From: Paraspadella gotoi
Taxonomy: Eukaryota; Animalia; Chaetognatha
Assembly: GCA_051294375.1 (NCBI GenBank)
Contig: CM119264.1
Span: forward strand, 14,043,323-14,107,322
Direction of reading: 5' to 3'
Length of the DNA: 64,000 bases
Shown: piece after piece, positions 13,401-30,930 of the stretch
How positions within the stretch are numbered: position 1 is the first letter of the stretch
Layout: each line of letters begins with the position of its first letter
Translations under genes and position numbers: made by a program
Notes under the pieces: generated by a model
What the model was told of the DNA's origin: nothing
Databases searched by the model: none
What the model saw: only the letters and a program-made list of their open reading frames with translations

Positions 13401-13880
13401 CTCTCCGTTTCACTTCATTTTTTTCTATGCTTACTTCGCGATCCTTTTTACTTTTTTCTCCACCTTCTTCATCTCCAACTCCACCCTTATTCTTTGCTAG
13501 TTGTCCACCTCCATTTCTCTCATCGCCCCCTATACACGCCGTCACGAAGAAAACGACCCTATCCTCGAATCTCTCGTCGGCGCCGACGGGAACGACGACG
13601 AGACGACGCGGAGACGTAGACGAGGCCGGCGCCTCTTCGCGGAGGTGAAAGCGAGGGAAAACGACCGTGAGCGTGCCGGACGAGGTTGTGGAGGAAGGAA
13701 ATCGAGGATGAAGTTGGTAGTGGGCGTTCGAGGTTCTTGGGGAAAATGGAAGAGAGCAAGAAACGAAGTAGTTTTTAATCATTCTAATGGCGAGTGAAAA
13801 ACTTACCTCTGTTAGTTATAAGAAATGGCAAATGCGGCTTGTATCACAGACCAAAGATAAATTAGCTTCGATATCAGCAT
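10454..13880 (-). CDS. Short classical-type cadherin (about 3 EC repeats + TM + catenin-binding cytoplasmic domain); putative first exon has an in-frame TAA
   Basis: Exons 13880-13807 (signal-peptide-like, tentative), 13735-13058, 12919-12663, 12565-12216, 12120-12063, 11932-11534, 11317-11043, 10811-10739 and 10635-10454. Motifs: MDRD, EDINDNPPRF, TEN..SDVDEG, FDRE, DVND, VSDG; TM VLVPVAVVLLFLVFFLLLFLL; juxtamembrane YDDECCEGDEDNLTFD; C-terminal NYALEG..DSLS..EFGPKFYPLVDAMFGE. Confidence 0.8.
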
Positions 13881-15273
13881 TTTGTTTTTGTTTTTTTTTT
13901 AAATTAATTTTTCATAACAGTTGATTTTTTTAGAAAGTAATATTTTTAGAAGAGATCGATTTTGTCTTTGGTGCGGCTGCAAAGCCAAATAGAAATCCCA
14001 TTCTGCAATGGGAAGGATGAGATTTCAAAAACAATAAAGATAATAAAAGCTCTTTTCGATCCAGGAAGTATCTCAAAACTTCCAAAATATAAAATATTAA
14101 ATTATAAAAATATAAATTAAATATATATTTAATATAAATTATAATTTTTAAAAAAATATTAATTTTTAAATATTTTTTTAATATTTTATAATTTGTATTT
14201 TTAATAAATTATATTAAATATTTTTTAAATTTTTAAACTAATAAATCACAATTTAAACTTTTTTTATATTAAACTAACAAAGTAATTTATTATAATAAAA
14301 TTTATTTTATTATATAATTTTTTTAAAAAATAATATTACCAATTCCCATTTGATATTGTCCCTAAGCTTTTGTTTTCCTTAGCTCGTCTTTGTTGTTTAC
14401 GTTAAATCGAGGTACGAGACTCGCGACTCTCACGGTCGTTAATCGAGGGAGCAAGGGTGGAGGGATGTAGCGAGACGAGGAGCTTGAAAAAACATACGCG
14501 GAGTAAATGAACATTGCGGGAGATGAAGGCGGTCGAAAAAGTATATGGGTAGACGCGAAAAAAAAAAGACTTTCTAAAGGGGGTCTAGAAGGTCGCTGCG
14601 ATGGGTCGTGGGAAACACAAAAGGTTGAAAAAAAAAAAAGTTTAACGAGAAAATATGTAACGCTGACAGCGTTACTAACCCTACTCAAGAAGAGACGATC
14701 ATCTCGGTTCAGAAAAATAGACAATCCAGTTAAATGATACTTCTGAGAAAGAAAAATCGTTGGACAAGGTGATTGATTGATTGCGTGATGGGTTGCTCCA
14801 TTGAGCAGAAGTCTGATTATTTTAGAGTTGCTTAAAATTATTAAGGTTTAAGTTGAGATCATTTCGTGTCACATCCATTAAATGATTAATTAGTTCAATT
14901 CGATTCACGCTCTTCGCAGTGAAATATGAGAAGAAGACAACGGAAACGAGTTGTGATTGAGAAGAAAAAATAAACAGAATTCAGATCGAGGTGAGATCGA
15001 TTCTGCCGAGGCGTGTGAACTGAAGTAAAGATTTATCAAAATCAAATTTACTTATTAAATTTTCCTGAACTCAGAAGGAGTTTTAGAGTTTTTTTTTCTT
15101 TTACATTTAAAAATATATATCAGTCAAAAATTTCCCGATCCCATTGTATATTCATAATGTAGTCCTTAAAAAAGATTAACAGGACAATCATGGTTTTCAT
15201 TTTAAAGATTGGAAGCCAGGTTTTCCAAAGGGCTTTTTCCTTTTTTTTCTTTCATTTTTATTTCCTTCGACTT

Positions 15274-16589
15274 TTAACAGGAATGAGCCTGGACGCAATC
15301 CTGAAATTGACCCACTTCAGGTTGCACATTTTTCTTCGGACGGCTCCATGAAAGCGACGCCGCCACTGAAACGTTCTGAAGGAGTGGTTAAATTTCATCA
15401 ATATCATCACTATTATAAATATTATAGACGACTTTGTTTTCGTCCCTTGATTGACCCGTCAATAACGTGGGATGACTTTTCCATTAAAATTTTAATTTTA
15501 TCTGTTTGATATAAAATTGATTAAATTGGTTTCATTTCCTCATGAAGGCGCCAACTAATTATTAATTTTTGGTCAAATTGTCAAATAATAAGAACATGAT
15601 TAAACTGTACCTGTGCCTTGAAGTCTCTCCATCCGTCCTGAAGTCGATGGAATTTGTAGTTGGCGTTAAGCTCTCTGTTACTGTCGTCGTACTGCTTGCG
15701 ACAGCCTGTAAATTATAAATTTCATAAAACTAATTTGTTCACGGAGGGATAAACACTAAATAGTCACACTTGATACTCACAAATATCATGTTGGTAGGTA
15801 GATTCGTAAGGTTTAAAATCCCCGTGACATTGCTCCTCCGCGTGAACCAACTTTTTTTTCACGCAAAACTTCTGACAGTGATTCGGGTCGTACTCCGACT
15901 GAGGCAGAAAGAATTAACTTTAAAAGAAATAGGTAAACAAAATTTCCTTTCCCTTTACACATTTTTTATTAGAAGACTGACTTGATAGCTGGTTACGGCG
16001 TGATACTCGGATCCCGCGCCCCCAGGTGCATGCCACGCCAGAAAATCCGCGTTGTATTTTCCACGACCAATCGTCGTATGGGGGAAGGGCTAAAATTCGA
16101 CACGAAAATTATTAATTACATTTTTAAAAATGAAGTAATTGAGCTAAAATAAATAAAAAACAGACGAAAAACTTTTATTAAATTTCCGTCAATTCGAAAT
16201 CAAAATCAAAAAAGGAGGGACCTTTGAAAAGAAGAGATCCCCCGAGGGTATGTTGGCCATCGCCCAGCGAAACCTTTCTGGGGGACGAGGTTTGGCCCGA
16301 AGGCGGTAGTCTTCGGCGCATTCTCCGCGCGCCTTGTTCCCGCTTCTTTGATTACTAAAATAAGACGAATAATTATTTTGTATCTAACCGCTAGTAACCA
16401 GTGTCTTAAATCGCATCGACATGAATTAATTGGCGAAGGAAGAAATTTCAATTACCCGTAAAAGGACTTGGGGTGCCAAGATCCTTTGAGATCTTTGTGT
16501 TCTTCTCTCTGAGTGTAGCATCTTTCCTGACACAAGTCGACACGACTCCTCCTGGCCTCACAATCTCGCAAGTTTGCCTCTTCCTCCAT
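15274..16589 (-). CDS. C3orf84: C3orf84/CIMIP7-like (TEX36/HDNR-family) putative ciliary microtubule inner protein, 6 exons
   Basis: Exons 16589-16456, 16354-16222, 16089-15982, 15898-15781, 15705-15611 and 15375-15274. The translation has GSWHPKSFYG, EDYRLRAKPRPP, FFSK, IGRGK, FLAW, TSYQSEY, STYQHDICC and SLSWSR, matching in order the motifs I recall for human C3orf84. Missed by the ORF track because the exons are short. Confidence 0.7.
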
Positions 16590-16789
16590 CTGGAACAAAA
16601 CAAGTATTTATCCGTCAGCGTGTTAAGATTCCAACGATTTTTGTTGTTACGTTTTACACAGCATTTTTCGTCCCGAAGAAAATCCCATTTTCCCAATCCC
16701 AAAATGATAATAATAAATGACCCCTTCACATTACTGATTACATGATTAGTTTAGTTTTTGCTACTTTTAACCGATAAAACCTAAAAATT

Positions 16790-17020
16790 CGGAAATTGTA
16801 TAATAATATTTTTTATTTATTTTTTTAAGCTCTATCAAAATCCGTTTTTAAAAATTCTGAAATTAAAAAAAATTATATAGTAATACGGTAAAATTTAAAT
16901 GCTTCCAAGATATTAACCATACATAAATACTTAAATTTTTTAAAAAAATTTGTTATTCCTGGAGGTTACTAACGTTATTTATATTACAGAACTCTTAGTT
17001 TTTACTTTGTTCCGCCTTAA
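16790..17020 (+). repeat. Dispersed AT-rich repeat, second copy at ~62270-62505
   Basis: Shared aagct..tcaaaatccgtttttt...aaatgcttc...ttacagaact.ttagtttttac.ttgttccgcctta. Confidence 0.65.
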
Positions 17021-17254
17021 TGATTACTCCGCTTTACCTTTAGAAGGATCTTGGCCTAAAAACAAAATTTAAGCCGTTTTTTTTCTTGTCCAAGTTCACG
17101 ATGTAAATTTAATAAGGATTCTGCTAAAGTTTGAAAGTACCAATTGAAATGTTTTCATAGGGAGGGTACTTCGAGATATTTAATGAATTAGCTTTATGAT
17201 TGTCGGGAAGTTATTCAGTAAATAATCTGTTGGCAAGACAGACGTCTGAATATT

Positions 17255-17646
17255 AGGGGCAAGATAGCTTATTTATTAAATGAATGGATAATTTTTATAT
17301 TGGTTGTACCAATTTCATAAAATTCAGCTCCTTATATTTTGATGCTAGTGCAGAGTACAATATAGTATTCCCCGATCTAATATTTAAGGGAGTGGTCTTT
17401 TCATACAATTGAAACATTCTTGGAAACATTTTCCCACTTCATTGATAGAGAAGCCAGGTACTCTGGGAGTGAATAAACGAGACTGTGAGAGAGTCTTGAT
17501 TGAAAGCTTGCAGGGACCTGCTATGTCATTATCTTGTAAGAGTGATGGAGGCGTTAAACCACCAAAGCCTGTCCAAAGTCATGGGCAAGATAGCTTATTT
17601 ATTAAATGAATGGATAATTTTTATATTCGTTGTACCAATTTCATAT
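17255..17646 (+). mobile_element. Two partial copies of the TGAAATTGGTACAACC MITE (right TIR 17255-17319; core plus right TIR 17504-17646)
   Basis: Near-identical to 23086-23226. Confidence 0.75.
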
Positions 17647-19510
17647 ATATATTATGATTATTGCAAAGTATCTACCTTCAAAAACGCCTAGAGCTAGCTC
17701 ATAAGTTATGACAAACTCTCACCTAAAAAAAGGACATGCCCAAATAAAATTCTCTAGTAAAGATGCATTATCATTTTATTAACTAATAATTTAATAGGGT
17801 ATAACATAAAAATGCCTCATATAAAAAGAAATGGTCCTACTATACAAGTTCTATTCATTCCAAATATCTATAAAGCACAAAAGCGATCAGACTTTGACCG
17901 TTGAGGATACGTGGAATGAAAAGAAGTCAATTTCTTCGTTTTTTTAAATTTTAACGTTTATAGGCGAGTGTTTCCGATGACAGCAGAAAAAAGTGACAAT
18001 AACATGACAGCTTTAACACAGCATGGAAAGAGTTTTTTGTTCAACAGAAAAGTCAAATCTCGACAAATAAGCAGAAAAATCTCTGGCTGCTAAACTTCAA
18101 CAGAAAAGCATAGATTCGACTTCTAAGAAACCGCATTGGAAGGATTGAGAGGTTGTATTTTTACCGAAGTTTGTTTGGAATACTTTCTTCTCAAATTATT
18201 ACCGATGCCGTAATAATAATTCAATTCATTAAGATTAATACAAACAGATCAAAATCATTTGTCCCCAATGAACCAACTGGATACCACTATTTAAAATTGG
18301 GGCTGAAAAAACACTTAAAAATATGATTAACAATTGTTATCGGGTTCGGAAGTTAGTACTTATTAAGCTTCAATTTTGTCTTGTTATAAAATAAAAAATA
18401 TGGAAATATCAATGAATGAAAGATATTTCAAGTTTGATAGGAAATCAAAGAACCAAATTTTCACATGAATTTAAACTTCGCCTTTGTGCTGGCGCTTTTT
18501 GAAAAATTAAACTCAATTACTTTAATTTTTCAAAAACAAAGAGATTAAAAAAAAATAAAAGAATGTAATAGGTGTATCTCTGTTTCAGTTGGTTTTGTTA
18601 CGGGAATTTCAGATTTTATCTGACAAGTTTGGAACCACCTATATGGTCCTACATACGCAGGTACACAGAACAAGAGGTCAAAAATTTAGGATCAAAAATA
18701 GAAAAAAAATCGCTAAATCATTAAAATGATTGAAAGCGATTTTTTAAAAACACCAATATTGGATGTATTGTATCTCGAGTTTCAATGCCAAGTATGGGAA
18801 AGGCACATTTTAAACTTTTCATGAGAAAGAATTTGATGCAACCTGACTTTAAATACGCATCTAAGACAAATGGTTCCAATCTTGTCTGTATCTATCTGTA
18901 GAATTCGGGAGAAAAAATTTGAATTGTATTATTGTGGTGCGTTATTATTATGTGAGCTTTGAGGAAAAAAGAAACAGATTCATTTCTTTTTCATTTAAAT
19001 AAAACTCTTTATATTTTTCTTTTAAGCGCGGGATAAAGCACAAGAACCGTAGTATCGGCTCTCTTGAACAATTGAGTCCGAGAAGAGACCGCTCGGATTA
19101 TTGAGAAACAATAAGCTGGAACAAGGTTGACAATTAAGAATACTCCAATTAGAGAGATGAAAGAGAAAAGAGGTGGGGGTCTAAATTGGGCAAAAAGGTC
19201 CGAAGGAGGATTGACTTTGGAAATGATGCGACAAAAAAATTGTCACGAAGGAAAATAGTAACAACAAAATTCCAAAACGTCCCGTTTCAAACGAAGGGAA
19301 AGAAAGGGAACGGGAGAGAGATAAGACAAACGGCTCCAACTTTGCTGCTAGTATTTTTTCTTTCGCCTTTTTTTTCCTCTGGTGCGGAAATGACGTCTAC
19401 CGAAGGCGATGCAGTAATTTCTTTTTCGAATTTTCTGATCCTCCAAAAACATTCGTTTAGAATACGTGTAGTCTGTAGACCATACGAAATAGATTTTTGA
19501 TTTAATTTCC

Positions 19511-22141
<2,631 letters not shown>

Positions 22142-22933
22142 GACGTCGATAAACCTCGGCCGAGAAGCGACTAATCGCGTTTACTTCTCTCTCATTTCAT
22201 TTCAACATCGTTCCCTGCTGAGATAGCGACCAGACCATTGCGTTTATATTTTCGTGGAATGTAAATAATCAGTGAGGGAGATGGGAGGATTTGAAAAAAA
22301 AATTACCCTCCGTTGAGAAAGTTCCCGCGAATGATGGCGTGGACGATTAGATGCAACGTGAACAACGCGACTGCGACAGCGATTCGACGCGTAGTTACGA
22401 TAACAGCGTCGGAGAAACACCATCGAGAATTAAAGAGTTCAAGCAACCAGAAAGAAATAAGAAGCCCAGTTTCTTTTTTCATCAAATCAACATGCTTACG
22501 AATCTGCCAAAAGAGGAATATAAAGGATTGGCTGTGTGAAATCAAAGTTAGTGATGAGGTGTACGAGAATTTAAAGGAGGCCTATCACGCGAAGGGTATC
22601 TGGCGAAATCTACAACGCTGCATCTTTACACACGCCGTTTAAAAAAAAAAAAGCCGGATGGGTTGGATCATCTGGAGGAAGAGGTGACACGCGACCAAAA
22701 AAATCTCAATCTCCAACTATGAAAATTCAAAAATGAATTTCAGTTGGAGAAAATTGAACACTTTCGTGTATAAATAAACTTTTTCTGTATCAACCAATTC
22801 AGTTTTTATTCTGACTGAAAAGCTGATGCAGATAAGCCGACGACGGAACATCGCCCTCTGTACATTATTACCAACTTTTGTTTTAGATTAAAAAGGCTTA
22901 CAATTTCTTTTAAAGAGTTTAAAATCGAGTATA

Positions 22934-23224
22934 TGAAATTGGTACAACCAATATAAAAATTTTCCATTCATTTAATAAATAAGCTATCTTGCCCCTGTTA
23001 TAGTATAAAATATAATAATAATATATAAGACGTAATATCGAGTAGACTGATAGGAGAAAGTTACAATGTAGGAAATTCTATAATAAGCTTGCAGGGACCT
23101 GCTATGTCATTATCTTGTAAGAGTGATGGAGGCCTTAAACCACCAAAGCCTGTCCAAAGTCAGGGGCAAGATAGCTTATTTATTAAATGAATGGATAATT
23201 TTTATATTGGTTGTACCAATTTCA
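22934..23224. mobile_element. Complete MITE with ~65-bp TIRs and TA target-site duplication
   Basis: TA|TGAAATTGGTACAACCAATATAAAAAT...GCTATCTTGCCCCTG (22932-22997) is the reverse complement of 23160-23226. Other TIR copies are at 1732, 17255, 17583, 50445 and 62251. Confidence 0.8.
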
Positions 23225-23899
23225 TAAACTCATCTAGCTTTCTACTCTTTATATTGTACACTATTATGTATATTTTTCGCTAAGGAAATTGCGACAATTT
23301 TTTTTAAATTTTTTTTTTCATAACAGCAATAAAAAACAATCTTTGAGAAAAAAATATTCAACATTGAACAATCCAATTTTCAAAATTAGCCAAAGTTATT
23401 TCCTTGTCATTGACTGAAAATACAATTTATAATCTTGAGTAGGGTTTCTGTGAATTATTATCCTTCTCAATATAAGACACATTATACATGACTGCTCAAA
23501 TCACCCGTTGAATTTTAAGTTTAATATTATTTTAATTAAGAAAATATTTTATCGTATAGTATCATTGACGTTCAAAAATATTTCGGCAGTAGTATTAATA
23601 CCACTGAATTTGTATCTTATCTTGATATTTAATTAAATATTAATAAAAAACAAAATTTATTTCAAAAAAATTATTTTTAAGAACGGAATCAGATATACCT
23701 CAAAAAGTGAAATAAAAATTATTATTATTATAACTAAACTAAAATTCGTTGAAAGGGTCAAAAGTAAAAAAAACATTAGAAAATAATCATCATCATCATT
23801 TAATAAATTTGAAAGCTTTTTCAAATTTTCTATGTTATTACATGAAAATTTTGAAGAGTCATAAAATAACATTTTAAGATCTTCCAGTCGGTAATTTTT

Positions 23900-25270
23900 T
23901 TTACTTCTTATGAGCACTAGAGCGTAGTGAAAGTTACTTACGAAAATTCTAAATGTCAACAAAATGAACAACAAACCATAAGTGAACATTAATTTATAAA
24001 AAAAATTAATTTTATGTTCTTCAATTTACGCAGTAAGCTATATTTATATTTATATCTGAATAAAATTGAAAAAAATAAAAATTGGCTTTTCTAAATTTTG
24101 AATGCAGATTTGAATTCCTCGTCAAAAGTTAATAGAAGAAAATATAAATCATTTTTAAAAATTCTTTCATTAAGTGGGTTAAAAATTAAAAAAAATATTA
24201 AATATATAAAATTTTAATTTTCAGCTTAAAATATAGGTTTTTTTATATTTGATTAATGAAATAATTTTTAATCAACTTTTCATGACGAATCCAAATATGT
24301 AAAAAAATCTTACAAAGCCTATTTTGAAATTTTAACATTTATTGGAATAATACTAGTATAAATATGGCCTATTGCGTAAATTGTAAAATTTATTATATAA
24401 TTTTTTTAGACAAATGTTTATTAGTATAATGTTATTCGTTCCTAACTTTTAGAATTTTAATTAAAGTTAAATTTAGAATTTTTACTACGCTTTAATGAAC
24501 ACAAACGTTAAGTTATTCCGCGAAAAACCTGGGTTTAATACTAAAAGGCAAAAAAATAATGATATATGCAAATAGAAATATAACCGACTGGTTAAGTTCC
24601 ATTCGAAAGTAAAATTATGCCTTTTAAGCTATATCAGATTCCGATGAAATATAAAAATTCCTCTCAATTTTTATTATATTATTATTAATAAAATAATTTT
24701 TAAAAGCTTTTTTATCTAATTTTAAACAATCTCTTCTAGTCACTAGTATAGGAGAGAACTGCTTGTTTTCAACCTTTTGTAGATCAAAATTCGAAAAGTT
24801 GTTCACAAACAGTCTTGTACTCAAGAACATAAATTTTATTTTTTTTTAATTTATAAATTTTCGCAAACACCCATATTTACAAATAAATAGTACTTACCAT
24901 AGAAAAAGTCAAAATTTTAAAATAATTAATATTAGTTTTGAAAGCAGATTCGAATTCCTCATAAAAAAATTTAAGTCTTAATCATTGTAGGAAACACACA
25001 AGTGCTGAAGAAGACTTGAAACAAGTCGAAACATATTCACTGTTTTTCTAAAATAAAATCGTTGTTTGTCCAAACAAACTTTTCCGAAGTCTTAATCAAT
25101 AATCAAGTTAGTTAGTATAAAAATATAGTTTTATTAATTTTTAGCTAAAATTAAATTATAGGATTTTGACCCACTTAATGAAGTAATTTTCTAAAAAGAG
25201 TTATTGAGAAACGTTCATGATCTACTATTCAAATTTTGATTCTACTTTTGCTACGCTTTAATATCAAGGT
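23900..25270. repeat. AT-rich dispersed repeat with gcagattcgaattcctc subrepeats; paralogs at ~61130-61770 and ~56130-56400
   Basis: 24800-25260 aligns by eye to 61170-61760 (acagtcttgtact.aagaacat, tagtacttaccata, gaaagcagattcgaattcctcataaaaa, ggattttgacccacttaatgaa, catgatctactattc). Confidence 0.65.
24985..25086 (+). mobile_element. 102-bp hammerhead-bearing insert with 12-bp TSD
   Basis: AGTG-CTGAAGA-a-GACTTG-aaa-CAAGTC-GAAAC-AT-ATT-CACT (25001-25041), followed by aataaaatcgttg. Direct repeat aagtcttaatca at 24973-24984 and 25087-25098; a single copy occurs at the paralogous site 61358. Confidence 0.8.
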
Positions 25271-25388
25271 TTCAAAGATTAGTGATCATAAAAAGAAAAT
25301 CTGTTTGAAAAACATTTAAAACCAGACAGACTTGAATACGCCGTTAGTGGTTTGTAGGTAAAATTCCGCAAGTTAGTAGGACCACATT

Positions 25389-29377
<3,989 letters not shown>

Positions 29378-29705
29378 TGTATTAAATATGAAGTGATACA
29401 ATTTCCTAAAATACTTAATAAAACTGAGTCAATAAGAAAATAAAAACGCTCACTGCAAACCTAAATTTAAATATATGCAATGAAGTATGATATTTTTTGG
29501 ACGATCGTTTCGACCCAGGATCTAAGTGTTCGTAACAGTGCGACCAAGACATTGAATATGAAATATGTTTATATTTTGAAACCGTTCAGAAATATTTAAG
29601 AACACTAACAAAACAAACTAAAACGCAACGCTCCGGAGTGATGTTCCAGACTTTTTAACAAATTTTCATCAATACATCTAATCAAATTATTTCAAATTAA
29701 TTAAA

Positions 29706-29942
29706 GGAAAAGTTTTTATTTTTGTTTCTGACAACGAATGTAATTAATATAAAAAACCCAAAAAATATGTGAGAATTCCAAATCAAATTTTGCGCTGATG
29801 AAGGCTAACAACAATTGTTGTTGTCAACATAGCCGAAACATGTCTGTTTTTTATATTAATTACATTCGTTGTCAGAAACAAAAATAAAAACTTTTCCTTT
29901 AATGCCACCTACGCAACGAAAAGAAAGAAATAAAACAGTGTC
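29706..29942 (+). mobile_element. Hammerhead-bearing insert between CNPPD1 and Frizzled
   Basis: Core CTGATGA (29795)-a-GGCTA...TAGCC-GAAAC-AT-GTC (29844). Perfect 58-bp inverted repeat 29700-29757 / 29846-29903. Tail caacgaaaagaaag. 15-bp direct repeat ttcaaattaattaaa at 29691-29705 and 29943-29957. Confidence 0.8.
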
Positions 29943-30149
29943 TTCAAATTAATTAAAAATTTCAAAACATTGCGTGAAATAGGCACTAAGGCAGTAAGCA
30001 ACATGCGACCAGAAGCAACAAAAGAAAAAACAAAAGATCAGTCCTGTTTTTTTTTCAAAGGCGTAAATTCTCCCTCTAATCCCGCCGTCTCTTGATCGAC
30101 GATGAAACTAACTTTTGAACTCCCGTCAGAGTCCGCCATCGACTCTTCT

Positions 30150-30420
30150 TCCTTCCGTATAAATTACAGCGCACGTGATTCATTTCTTCTTTTGGATGAA
30201 AGATATGAGCAGCACGTGACCGACTCTGCCAATTGGGCGGCTCATTCGGTCGTCAGGCTGTTCGATCGAACCAATCGCGTGTGGCTTTGCAATCGTCACG
30301 TGATTTTGATCTTCGTGAGAGAATTAACGTCGCTGTTGGGGTCGAAAGGGAGAACCAATCGAAGGTCGAAATAGCCTCGAATTCCTCTCAGACGCGTGGA
30401 TCGAGAGCCAATGAGCTTGA
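30150..30420. promoter_or_regulatory. Putative promoter region upstream of Frizzled (divergent from CNPPD1)
   Basis: CpG-richer island with four CCAAT boxes (~30229, 30271, 30356, 30408), three CACGTG E-boxes (~30171, 30212, 30297) and a TATAAA at ~30158. Confidence 0.45.
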
Positions 30421-30930
30421 AAGTTTTGTCTAAATTTCGTCGTCGACGTTGGGCCCAATAAATCTCCTCTTTTCGAACGGGAGATGCAGTACCGCTTTCT
30501 TTTTCTTCTTTTTCTTCGATGTTCACTGGTTCGAGTTTCAGCTCCTCTGCCATCCCTCTCCTTCGTCGCTTTACAGGCTGCACCTTTCTCTTTGCGGTCA
30601 CGGTTTCTGGGCGGCGCTGTTCTCTCATATTCGATGATCATCGGCCTTTGTGGTTGTAAACTTAATGATGGGCCCAGCTCTCTCGATGCGTTGGTCCGTT
30701 AGAACGATCGATTGGTAATAAAAGCTTTTCTTAAATCGTGCCAACCACCTGAACTCTAGTTTTTATTGACTTCGTGTTTTAATGAAAATATTGTTTTTTA
30801 GAATTTAGTCTTCTCGTGTTTGTAAGTGTTTGATTAATTAAACTATTAGGCTACGCGAAAATGCCTAATCAAGACGTCGCTCAACCGACGTGAGACAGCC
30901 TTCATCGGATACTAATTTCTTATATTCGAG

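Noticed and set aside
22313-22642. 109-aa + strand ORF upstream of CCNY
   Set aside because: Antisense to the probable CCNY 5' UTR exon; no recognisable motifs.
30102-30702. ORFs between CNPPD1 and Frizzled
   Set aside because: Overlap the promoter/5' UTR of Frizzled; low-complexity translations.
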